Below are positions 1 to 8,687 of a stretch of 64,000 bases of DNA, one piece after another. The notes below the pieces were generated by a model, which worked only from the letters and a program-made list of their open reading frames with translations, was not told where the DNA came from and did no database searches. Source of the DNA: Vicinamibacteria bacterium (lineage in GTDB: Bacteria > Acidobacteriota > Vicinamibacteria > Marinacidobacterales > Marinacidobacteraceae); contig OZ241322.1 of the NCBI GenBank assembly GCA_965199715.1, positions 896,001-960,000 of the forward strand, written 5' to 3'. The position numbers and the translations under genes were made by a program. The stretch's first letter is position 1; every line of letters begins with the position of its first letter.

Positions 1-442
1 CGGCCTCCCTGGTGACCTTCTCGATGGTCTTCACGTCCACGTACACGGCCTCGACGCCGACCGCGCGCGCCATGCCGACGAAGAGGTTCGTGTAGGCGAG
101 GCAGTTCCCGCGCCCGTGCTCGAACACGTCCACGGCGGTCTTGTTGGAGAGCCAGTCGTAGGAGATCGTCCCGCCGGTGTGCTGGCGGATGGCGCGGATG
201 ATCGCCCGCATCTTCTCCTTGTCGCCGCGCAGGTTCTCGGTGACCCGGAAGGCGAGCGCGCGGATCTCGTCGTTGATCTCGAAGGGAACCTCGACGCTCG
301 CGAGCATCTCGGGCGTGATCCGGTGGTTCAGGTCGGCGCGGATCTCGTCCGGCGTCCACGACCGCTTGGCGGCGACGCCGCAACCGGTTCCGAACGCGGC
401 GAACACGACGGCGGAACAACCCAAGCGAAGGAGAAATCTCAT
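1..442 (-). CDS. Transglutaminase-like domain protein, probable lipoprotein (3' end runs off the window)
   Basis: Manual translation from the ATG at 442: MRFLLRLGCSAVVFAAFGTGC... with a lipobox-like end; TAVDVFEHGRGNCLAYTNLFVGMARAVG matches the transglutaminase core G-x-C motif. Not in the ORF track because it is truncated. Confidence 0.75.
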   Translation of the reverse strand, partial: MRFLLRLGCSAVVFAAFGTGCGVAAKRSWTPDEIRADLNHRITPEMLASVEVPFEINDEIRALAFRVTENLRGDKEKMRAIIRAIRQHTGGTISYDWLSNKTAVDVFEHGRGNCLAYTNLFVGMARAVGVEAVYVDVKTIEKVTREA

Positions 443-566
443 CGGAAACGGACCCCGAGGCCAGTATATCTTGCGATCTCGGTTGCGAGAGTTCGGCCCC
501 GAACCTATCCTTTCCTCTCGCTTGCGGGGCCGTTTTCGGGGCGGCGCCGCGTCCCGAGGAGGCCCC

Positions 567-2150
567 ATGACCCAGCGCAATTCCCACCTCCGTCTCCTCG
601 CGGCGGCGCTCGTCGCGGGCGGGCTCGCCGCGCCGGCGCTCGCGCAGGACAACCTAGGCCGGGGCGACCGGCGCTGGATGGAAGAGGTAGGTCCGATCAT
701 GACGGCGCAGGAGCGCGAGCTCTTCCAGCAGATCGACAAGGACGACCGGGATCTCTTCCGCGAGCTGTTCTGGGCGCGGCGCGATCCGACCCCGGCCAAC
801 CGTGACAACGAGGCGCAGGACGCCTACGAAAACTGGCGCGAGATGGCCGACGACCAGTTCGGCCAGCGCGGCCAGCGCGGGCACCGGACCGACATGGCGC
901 TCGTGATGCTGCTCTTCGGGCCTCCCGACAACCGCGAAGCCTCCGGCGGCCGCGGCGGACGTCCCGCCGCTGGCGGCGGCGGGCGCGGCGGACAGGGCGG
1001 CAACCCGGTCTCCGAGGGCGGCGGCGGTCCGGGCGCGGGCGGAGCCGGCGGCGGCGGCGGCGGGGGCGGCTTCGGCGGCCCCGGCGGCGGCGGCATGAAG
1101 ATGACCTGGGTCCCGAACCCCGACCGGGGCCTCCCCGAAGGCCTGGAGCTGGAGTTCCGGCGGACGAACCTCGGGATGCGGCTGATCCGCAACGAGGAGA
1201 TCGAGGCCGCCATGGAGCGCGCCCGCCAGCGGCAGATCGCGTGGCCGAGCATCAACTACGCCCGCGACGAGGAAGGCCGGCTGCGCGAGCTGGACGATCT
1301 CTTCGATCCCAACAGCCCGGCGAAGCAGATCCTGAACGCGCTGCGGGAAGGCGGCGAGACCAGCGCGGCGATCGGGCTCGATCCCGAGCTGATGTTCTTC
1401 CGCTCGAACACGAACGACACCTACGTCGCGGCGATGGTGCGGATCGACGACGGCGACAACGTCCGCTGGTCGGGCGACGAAGCGCGGGTGCAGGCCTTCT
1501 ACAGCGTCGAGGACTCGCTCGGCACGGTGGTCGGGCAGGCCGAGGAAGAGGTGGACCTGACGCGCGGTCCGGACGGCGGCGTCCTGCTGGAGATGCCGAT
1601 GCAGATGCCCGCCGGCCCGTACCTCGTGCGGCTCGGCATCCGCGACCCGGCGACCCAGCAGCACGGGACGGTCAACCTCGACGTGGTCAGCCCCGACTTC
1701 AACCAGCCCACGCTCACGCTCTCGACGCTGGCCCGCTTCTCGGACGGCTCGCGGATCGAGGACTTCACCCCGGTTCCGGGCCGGGCGCTCCTCGTCGGCG
1801 GCTTCCACTTCATCCCGAAGACCTCGGACGTGTACCAGCCGGGCGGCAACTTCCGGGTGGTGTTCAACGCCTACGGCTACGGCGTGGACGGCGACCAGCC
1901 CAACCTCAACTGGCAGATCGAGTTCAAGAAGGACGGCGAGCGCTACATCCGCTACAACCCGACCGGCCTCGCGCTCTCCTCGGCGGACCTCGCCATCGCG
2001 ATCATCGACATCCCGCTGGCGCGGCGGTACTCCGACGGCCGGAGCGAGAACTTCGAGGAAGGCGACTACACCGCGGTGATCACGGTGAACGATCTGATCG
2101 GCGACCAGGCGGTCACCGAGGAGATCGGATTCCGGGTCGCCGGCTCGTAG
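567..2150 (+). CDS. GWxTD domain-containing secreted protein with Gly-rich insertion
   Basis: ATG at 567 preceded by GAGGAGG; signal peptide; FWARRDPTP...NE...GHRTD (GWxTD variant); LLFGPPD; Ig-like C-terminus. Confidence 0.8.
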   Translation: MTQRNSHLRLLAAALVAGGLAAPALAQDNLGRGDRRWMEEVGPIMTAQERELFQQIDKDDRDLFRELFWARRDPTPANRDNEAQDAYENWREMADDQFGQRGQRGHRTDMALVMLLFGPPDNREASGGRGGRPAAGGGGRGGQGGNPVSEGGGGPGAGGAGGGGGGGGFGGPGGGGMKMTWVPNPDRGLPEGLELEFRRTNLGMRLIRNEEIEAAMERARQRQIAWPSINYARDEEGRLRELDDLFDPNSPAKQILNALREGGETSAAIGLDPELMFFRSNTNDTYVAAMVRIDDGDNVRWSGDEARVQAFYSVEDSLGTVVGQAEEEVDLTRGPDGGVLLEMPMQMPAGPYLVRLGIRDPATQQHGTVNLDVVSPDFNQPTLTLSTLARFSDGSRIEDFTPVPGRALLVGGFHFIPKTSDVYQPGGNFRVVFNAYGYGVDGDQPNLNWQIEFKKDGERYIRYNPTGLALSSADLAIAIIDIPLARRYSDGRSENFEEGDYTAVITVNDLIGDQAVTEEIGFRVAGS

Positions 2151-2154
2151 GGAC

Positions 2155-3444
2155 TTGCCGCCAAGCTCCGGGGGTTCGCGCCTCCGCCGCCTCGCGCTGA
2201 CCTTCGGCTGCGCCCTGGTCGGCGCGGCGCTGGCGCAGGCGGTCCTCGTCCCGCGCCTGCCCGGCTGGACGAGCGACCTCCCCGCGCCGGGGCTGATGGC
2301 GCGGCTCGGCGCTTCGGGCGGCGGCGAGGGCGGAGCCGGTCTGCAGCGGACCACCTACGAGACTCTCGACGTCTTCGAGAACGCCCTCGCGCTGATCCGC
2401 AGGCACTACCTCACCGAGCCCGAGCCGGAGCGCCTCGTGGACGGAGCGGTGCGCGGGGTCTTCCGGGCGCTCGACGAAGACAGCGCCTACCTGGACCCCG
2501 ACGAGACCGACCTCTACCGCCGCCGGGCGGAGCTCGCCGGGGACGTGGGGATCACGCTGGAGAAGCGCTACTACCTGCACGTGGACGGCGTCCTTCCCGG
2601 CTCGCCCGCCGAAGCCGCGGGCGTCGAGCCGGGAACCGCGCTCGCCGAGATCGCCGGGCGGAACACCCGCGAGATGCAGATCCCGGTGGGGCGGCTGCTG
2701 CTCGCCGGCGCCCCGGGGTCCGAGGTCGTCCTGATGGCGCGCAGCTCGGCGGACGCGGAGCCCGAGGAGGTCCGGCTGGAGCGCCGCCGGCTCGAACCCG
2801 CCCCGGTGGAGCGCGAGGAGCTCGAACCCGGCGTGGGCCTCGTCCGCATCCGGGAGTTCCGCGAGGGGACGGCGGCCGAGGTCGCCGAGGCGGTCCGGGC
2901 GCTCGGCGAAGCCGGCGCGGACGCGCTGGTGCTCGACGTGCGGGGCAGCAGGGGCCACGGCGACTGGGCGACCGCGCTGCGGGAAGTCGCCGGCGTCTTC
3001 CTCGCCGACGGGCGGGTGGCGCGGCTCGCGGGCCGGACGGAGGACGGCGAGGAGCCGCCGTCCGAGGATCTGCTCGGGATTCCGCACGTCGCCCCGTGGA
3101 CCGGCGCGCTCACCGTGCTCGCGAACCGCAGCACCGCCGGGCCGGGGGAACTGCTCGCGGCCGCGGTGGCCGGCGAGCGGGGCTCCTTCGTGGGCGGCCG
3201 GACCGCCGGCCGGACCGGGGCGCCGGAGCTGATCGAGTTCGAGGAAGGCGACTCCGTCCTGCTCAGCGTGCGCCAGTACCTCGCGCCGGACGGAGAAGAG
3301 CTTCTTGGCGGCGGCGCGGTCCCGTCGGTGACCCCCGACGATCTGGACCTCGACGCGAACACCCTCGACGATGACGATCCGGAACTGGACTTCGCGCTTA
3401 TCCAACTTCGCAGGCAGCGGGGCGAAGCGAAACGGGCCGCGTGA
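2155..3444 (+). CDS. S41 (CtpA-like) PDZ peptidase homolog, catalytic residues apparently substituted
   Basis: N-terminal TM; LDEDSAYL; PDZ segment VLPGSPAEAAGV; LVLDVRG; LANRSTAGPGE in place of SASASE; start uncertain. Confidence 0.8.
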   Translation: MPPSSGGSRLRRLALTFGCALVGAALAQAVLVPRLPGWTSDLPAPGLMARLGASGGGEGGAGLQRTTYETLDVFENALALIRRHYLTEPEPERLVDGAVRGVFRALDEDSAYLDPDETDLYRRRAELAGDVGITLEKRYYLHVDGVLPGSPAEAAGVEPGTALAEIAGRNTREMQIPVGRLLLAGAPGSEVVLMARSSADAEPEEVRLERRRLEPAPVEREELEPGVGLVRIREFREGTAAEVAEAVRALGEAGADALVLDVRGSRGHGDWATALREVAGVFLADGRVARLAGRTEDGEEPPSEDLLGIPHVAPWTGALTVLANRSTAGPGELLAAAVAGERGSFVGGRTAGRTGAPELIEFEEGDSVLLSVRQYLAPDGEELLGGGAVPSVTPDDLDLDANTLDDDDPELDFALIQLRRQRGEAKRAA

Positions 3445-4510
3445 CGGCCGCCGCTCCCGGCTGAGGGCGCCGGCGGCGCTCGTCGCGGGGGCGGGCCTTC
3501 TGCTCGTCCTGTTCGGGGTCCGCGAGATTCGAAGCATCCTCGAACTGCGCCGGCTGGACGAGGCGGCGGACCGGGCGTGGGCGCGCCCCGGCGGCGAGGC
3601 GTTCTTCCGGGTGGGGCCGGGATCGACCGCCGGCGCGGTCGCGAGCCGGCTCGAGGCGTCGGGGATCGTCGAGGACCGGCGGGCGTTCCTCCACGCGGCG
3701 CGGCGGCAGGACGCGCTGCGCCGGCTCCAGGCGGGGCTGTACCGCTTCGGGGAGCCGCTGACGCCGAACGAGGTGGCCGCCCGGCTCGCCGCCGGCGAGG
3801 TCAGCCGCAACTGGGTGACCCTGCCCGAAGGACTCGACGTCCGGGACACGAGCGCGCGCCTCGCCGGCGCCGGGATGGGCGACGCGGCGGCGTTGGAGGC
3901 GGCGTTCCGGAATCCCGAGCTCGCCGCGAGCCTGATCGGGGACCTCGACCCGGACGCCCGCGATCTCGAGGGTTACCTCTTTCCGAACACCTACGACGTG
4001 CCCCCGGGCGCGCGCCCCGAGGAGATCGCCGGGATGCTCGTCGGACGGCTCCGCGACGCCTGGGAGGGAGAGCGCGGCGACCGGGCGGCGGCGCTCGGGA
4101 CGAGCCTGCGCGAGGCGGCGACCCTCGCCTCGATCATCGAGAAGGAGACCGGCGCGGCGGGCGAGCGTTCGCTCATCTCGGGGGTGTTCCACAACCGGCT
4201 CGACCGGGGGATGCGGCTCCAGACGGACCCCACCGTGCTCTTCGCGATGCGCGCCGGCGGCGACTTCGGCAACGACATCCGCCGCCGGGACCTCGGCCTC
4301 GACTCGCCCTACAACACCTACCGCCACGCCGGGCTTCCGCCGGGGCCCATCGCGTCGTTCGGCCTCGCGGCGCTGGACGCCGCGCTCGAGCCGGAGGAGA
4401 CCCCGTTCCTGTACTTCGTGTCGAGGAACGACGGCACGCACCAGTTCTCGCGCACGCTGCGCGAGCACAACCGCGCCGTCCAGCGGTTCCAGATCCGAAG
4501 GGGCCGCTGA
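3371..4510 (+). CDS. mltG: Endolytic transglycosylase MltG
   Basis: LEGYLFPNTY, LASIIEKET, NRL...MRLQTDPT, SPYNTY..GLPPGPI, LYFV..HQFSRTLREHN motifs; true start uncertain (overlaps the upstream gene). Confidence 0.92.
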   Translation: MTIRNWTSRLSNFAGSGAKRNGPRDGRRSRLRAPAALVAGAGLLLVLFGVREIRSILELRRLDEAADRAWARPGGEAFFRVGPGSTAGAVASRLEASGIVEDRRAFLHAARRQDALRRLQAGLYRFGEPLTPNEVAARLAAGEVSRNWVTLPEGLDVRDTSARLAGAGMGDAAALEAAFRNPELAASLIGDLDPDARDLEGYLFPNTYDVPPGARPEEIAGMLVGRLRDAWEGERGDRAAALGTSLREAATLASIIEKETGAAGERSLISGVFHNRLDRGMRLQTDPTVLFAMRAGGDFGNDIRRRDLGLDSPYNTYRHAGLPPGPIASFGLAALDAALEPEETPFLYFVSRNDGTHQFSRTLREHNRAVQRFQIRRGR

Positions 4511-4511
4511 C

Positions 4512-5672
4512 TCAGCCGAGGCTCTCGAAGAGCGCGGCCACGCCCATGCCGCCGCTGACGCACAGCGTCGCGAGGCCGTAGCGCGCTCCGCGGCGCTCCA
4601 TCTCGGCGAGCAGCGTGACCACGATGCGGGCGCCGGTCGCGCCGATCGGATGGCCGAGCGCGATCGCGCCGCCGTTCACGTTCAGCCGCTCCTCGTCCAG
4701 ATTCAGGTCGCGGACGCAGGCGAGCACCTGCGGCGCGAAGGCCTCGTTGAGCTCGACGAGCGCGATCTCGGAGAGGCTCACGCCGGTCCGATCCAGCAGC
4801 TTGCGCACGGCGGGAACCGGCCCGATCCCCATGATCCGGGGGTCCACCCCGGCGGAGGCGTGCCCGACGAGGCGCGTCGAGGCCCGGACGCCCCGGCGCC
4901 GCGCCTCCTCGGCCGAAAGCGCGACGACGGCGGCGCCGCCGTCGGTGATCCCCGACGAGTTGCCGGCGTGGACCACGCCGTCCTTCTTGAACGCCGGCGG
5001 GAGCTTCTTGAGCCCCTCGGCGGTGACGCCGGCTCGGGGGTGCTCGTCGGCCCGGAGTTCGGCGACCGGCGCGAGCTCGGCGGCGAACCGGTCCCGCGCC
5101 GCTTCGGCCCGCGCCTGGCTGCGGGCGGCGTAGCGGTCGCACTCGTCGCGCCCCAGCGCGTAGCGCTCGGCGAGCGTTTCGGCGGTCTCGCCCATGAGCT
5201 GGTCCGCGAGCGGACAGCGGAAGCCGTCGCGATGCATGCCGTCCAGCAGCTTCCGGTGGCCGAAGCCCCCGCCGAAGCGGACGTCGGACAGGAGGTACGG
5301 CGTGTTGCTCATGCTCTCCACGCCGCCCGCGAGCGCGACTTCGGCCTCGCCGAGGCGGATCGCGGCGGCGGCGTCGAGGATCGCCCGCAGCCCCGAGGCG
5401 CACGCCTGGTTCACCGTGCGGGCCGGCGACTCGTCGGGAACGCCCGCGAGCCGCCCGACCTGGCGCGCCGGGTTGGGACCGGCCCCGGCCTGGCGCGCGT
5501 GCCCGAAGATGACCTCGTCCACGCCGCCGGGTTCGACGCCGGCGGCCTCGAGCGCCGCCCGCGCCGCGATCCCGCCGAGCTCGGGGGCGCTCCGCCCGGC
5601 GAGCGCGCCGCCGAAACGGCCGATGGGAGTCCGGCGCGCGCCGGCGAGGACGACCTCAGGCGCGGCGGACAT
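4512..5672 (-). CDS. Acetyl-CoA C-acyltransferase (thiolase)
   Basis: NQACASG, ELNEAFA, NVNGGAIALGHPIGATG, LCVSGGMG motifs. Confidence 0.95.
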   Translation of the reverse strand: MSAAPEVVLAGARRTPIGRFGGALAGRSAPELGGIAARAALEAAGVEPGGVDEVIFGHARQAGAGPNPARQVGRLAGVPDESPARTVNQACASGLRAILDAAAAIRLGEAEVALAGGVESMSNTPYLLSDVRFGGGFGHRKLLDGMHRDGFRCPLADQLMGETAETLAERYALGRDECDRYAARSQARAEAARDRFAAELAPVAELRADEHPRAGVTAEGLKKLPPAFKKDGVVHAGNSSGITDGGAAVVALSAEEARRRGVRASTRLVGHASAGVDPRIMGIGPVPAVRKLLDRTGVSLSEIALVELNEAFAPQVLACVRDLNLDEERLNVNGGAIALGHPIGATGARIVVTLLAEMERRGARYGLATLCVSGGMGVAALFESLG

Positions 5673-7059
5673 ATTCGAAGTCCGCGGGCTTCCCGTGGAC
5701 TCCCCGGGTCGGCGCGGCGATCCACGCGGCCATCTCGCCCGGGCCGGTCGCCGGGACCATGAGGCTGCGCACGTACTCCCGGTCGGCTTCGGTCGGCAGC
5801 CACCCGTCCTTCTTGCGCTCCCACTCGGCTTCGGAGACGAGGCGTCCGGCGGGGTCGAAGCGATGGCCGGCGTACGCGCCGATCCGCCGGTGGAAGCGGC
5901 GGTGCGGGAGCGAGATCCGGTCGGGGAGCCCCGCCCGCTCGAGGATCCGGTTCCAGCGGGCGACCCCGCGCTCGCAGTCCTCGACGTAGTCGTCGCGGAG
6001 CACCTCGTTCATCGCGTTCCAAAGCGGGGTCTCGCGCTCGACGAGCCGGTCCCCCTCGACCGTCGGCACGAGCCGGACCCCGTCGGCGGCCGCCGGATCC
6101 TTGCGGGCGGTCTCTCGCGCCCGGCCCTTCAGCCCGTTCGCGTAGTAGTTCGCGGCGTTCGAGGAGATCTCGGCTCCGAAGAGGTCGAGCGACGCGCTGA
6201 ACCAGAAGTTCACGTGGCGCTGGACGAGCTCGAGGTCCATCGCCCCCGAGGCCCGGGGATCCTCGTCCTCGGCGAGGAGGTCCACGATCCGCTGGACGAT
6301 CCGGGCCACGCCCCGCTCCCCGACCGACATGTGGAACGCCTCCTCGGTGAGCATGAACCGGGTCGTGCGCGAAAGCGGATCGAAGGCGCTCTCGGCCAGC
6401 GCCAGCAACTGGAACTTCCCGTCCCGGTCGGTGAACATGGTGAACAGGAAGAAGTTGAGCCAGTCGTCGCACGGCTCGTTGAAGGCCTGGAGGATGCGCG
6501 GCCGGTCGGGATCGCCGCTCGACCGCTCCAGCAGCGCCTCGGCCTCCTCGCGCCCGTCCCGGCCGAACTGGGAATGCAGCAGATAGACCATCGCCCACAG
6601 GTGCCGACCCTCCTCCACGTTCACCTGGAACAGGTTGCGCAGGTCGTACTGGCTCGGCGCGGTCTTGCCCAACTGGCGCTGCTGCTCGACGCTCGCGGGC
6701 TCGGTGTCGCCCTGGGTCACGATCAGCCGCCGGAGGCTGGTCCGGAACTCGCCGGGGACGTCCGGCCAGACCGGCTTCCCCTTCAAGTCGCCGAAGCCGA
6801 TGCGGCGGTCGGCCTCCGCCGGCGCGAGGAAGATCCCCCAGCGGTACTCGGGCATCCGCACGAAGTCGAAGTGGGCCCAGCCGGACGGCTCCACCGAGAC
6901 CGCGGTGCGCAGGAACACGTCGTCCGAGGCGAAGCCGTCCGGCCCCATCGCCCGCCACCAGTCGAGGAACGCGGGCCGCCAGTGCATGAGCGCCCGCTGC
7001 AGCCGGCGGTCGGAGGAGAGCGAGACGTTGTTGGGAATCCGCTCGTCGAGTTCGGACAC
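5656..7059 (-). CDS. boxB: Benzoyl-CoA 2,3-epoxidase subunit BoxB
   Basis: GTG at 7059 after AGGAGG; IPNNV, QGDTEPASVEQQ, VEEGRHLWAM, TDRDGKFQL, TEEAFHM di-iron motifs. Confidence 0.93.
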   Translation of the reverse strand: MSELDERIPNNVSLSSDRRLQRALMHWRPAFLDWWRAMGPDGFASDDVFLRTAVSVEPSGWAHFDFVRMPEYRWGIFLAPAEADRRIGFGDLKGKPVWPDVPGEFRTSLRRLIVTQGDTEPASVEQQRQLGKTAPSQYDLRNLFQVNVEEGRHLWAMVYLLHSQFGRDGREEAEALLERSSGDPDRPRILQAFNEPCDDWLNFFLFTMFTDRDGKFQLLALAESAFDPLSRTTRFMLTEEAFHMSVGERGVARIVQRIVDLLAEDEDPRASGAMDLELVQRHVNFWFSASLDLFGAEISSNAANYYANGLKGRARETARKDPAAADGVRLVPTVEGDRLVERETPLWNAMNEVLRDDYVEDCERGVARWNRILERAGLPDRISLPHRRFHRRIGAYAGHRFDPAGRLVSEAEWERKKDGWLPTEADREYVRSLMVPATGPGEMAAWIAAPTRGVHGKPADFEYVRRA

Positions 7060-7069
7060 AAGAGCCTCC

Positions 7070-8647
7070 TCAGGTGCGGGTCCAGTCGAATCGCGCCGCC
7101 GCCGGCCTTCCGTAGGACGCGAGCGCGCCCCGCTCGCCGACGGCGTTGGGGCGCTGGAAGATCCAGTTCTGCCACGCCGAGAGCCGGCCGAAGATCTTCG
7201 TCTCGAGCGTCTCGGGGCCGGCGAAGCGCAACGAGGACTCCATGCCGGTGAGCGCGTCGGGGGAAAGCCCGGCCCGCTCCTCGACGGCGACGCGGATCTC
7301 GTCATCCCAGTCGAGGTCGTCGGGAGCGAACGTGGCGAGTCCCTCGCGCTCCGCCTCGGCGGCCGGATAGCGGCCGCAAAGACGCTCCGCCCGGTCGGGG
7401 TCGCCGAGAAACCGGGTCCGCAGCCGGCTGAGGCCGTTGCCCATCGGGAATGCGCCGTAGTTCATCTCGGTGAGTTCGACGGCGGCCGGCCGGTCGGGAT
7501 CGTCGCAGAGCCAGCTTCGGTCCGCCGCCAGCAGCAGCTCGGCGAGCGAACCGCAGAAGACGGCCCCCGGAGCGCCGATCGCGAAGAAGCTGCGGGCGGT
7601 CTGGTCGAGGCGGCGCAGGACGCGGGCCAGCTTCCAGCGGGTCTCGTCGGCGAGCCACGTTCCCTCCGCGCGACAGAGGCGGGCGTCGGCTTCCCGGACC
7701 GCGTCGGGATCGCCTTCGGTCGCGATGCGGACCACGCCGATCTCCGGCTCGTTGAAGCGCAGCCGCAGCAGCGCGTCGTCGAGCTCCCGCGCCATGCGCA
7801 GGTGCCAGCGGTCCGCGTCGGACGCGCTCACGACCAGGTCGGCGACGCGGGCCTCGCGGTCCAGTTCGAGCCGGACGTGCCGGTACGCGACCCGGTCCGC
7901 GGACTCTTCGGGTTCGAGCGGTTCGAGGCGGATCCCCACGTCCGCGCGGGCCGGCGACTCGAGCGCGGCGGCGCGTTCGGCGACGAGCGCCTCGAACCGG
8001 CTCGGCGGGGCGAGGCCGTCCACGAGTCCCCACTGGACGGCGCGGCGGCCCCGCACGCCCTCGGCGAGGGTCGAGAACGCGTCGGCGAGGTCTCGGCGCA
8101 CCTTGCGCTTGTCGGCCAGCCGGGTCAGGCCGCCGGTGCCCGGAAGCACGCCCAGCAGCGGAACTTCGGGGAGCGAGACCGTGGAGCTGCCGTCATCGAC
8201 CAGCAGGATCTCGTCGGCGGCGAGCGCGAGTTCGTAGCCGCCGCCCGCGGTGACGCCGGTGAGCGCGGCGAGGTAGCGCTGGCCGCTGCGCCGGCTCGCG
8301 TCCTCGATCCCGAGCCGCGTCTCGTTCGTGTACTTGCAGAAGTTGACCTTGAAGGCGTGCGGGGAGCCGGCGAGCATGAAGATGTTCGCGCCCGACGAGA
8401 AGATCCGCGGCAGCTCGCTGCGCAGCACGACGACCCGGACCTCGGGATGCTCGAAGCGCAGGCGCTCCACCGCGTCGGCGAGCTCGACGTCCACGCCGAG
8501 GTCGTAGCTGTTCAGCTTCAGCTTGTAGCCGGGGCGGATCCCGCCGTTCTCATCGACCCGGAGCCCGAGCTCGGCGACCGGCCCCCGGACGTCGAGCGTC
8601 CAGTGCCGCCAGGCCTCCGGCCGGGTCTCGAAGCGGATCGGGGTCAC
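7070..8647 (-). CDS. boxC: 2,3-epoxybenzoyl-CoA dihydrolase BoxC
   Basis: YKLKLNSYDLGVD, KVNFCKYTNETR, GGGYELALA, FGRLSAWQNWIFQRPNA; adjacent to boxB. Confidence 0.93.
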   Translation of the reverse strand: MTPIRFETRPEAWRHWTLDVRGPVAELGLRVDENGGIRPGYKLKLNSYDLGVDVELADAVERLRFEHPEVRVVVLRSELPRIFSSGANIFMLAGSPHAFKVNFCKYTNETRLGIEDASRRSGQRYLAALTGVTAGGGYELALAADEILLVDDGSSTVSLPEVPLLGVLPGTGGLTRLADKRKVRRDLADAFSTLAEGVRGRRAVQWGLVDGLAPPSRFEALVAERAAALESPARADVGIRLEPLEPEESADRVAYRHVRLELDREARVADLVVSASDADRWHLRMARELDDALLRLRFNEPEIGVVRIATEGDPDAVREADARLCRAEGTWLADETRWKLARVLRRLDQTARSFFAIGAPGAVFCGSLAELLLAADRSWLCDDPDRPAAVELTEMNYGAFPMGNGLSRLRTRFLGDPDRAERLCGRYPAAEAEREGLATFAPDDLDWDDEIRVAVEERAGLSPDALTGMESSLRFAGPETLETKIFGRLSAWQNWIFQRPNAVGERGALASYGRPAAARFDWTRT

Positions 8648-8687
8648 GCGCGAATTATGGCGAGGGCGATAATGCGGGGAGCGAGCC

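Noticed and set aside
945-1095. GGC-rich tract as a possible repeat element
   Set aside because: In-frame Gly-rich linker inside the GWxTD protein.
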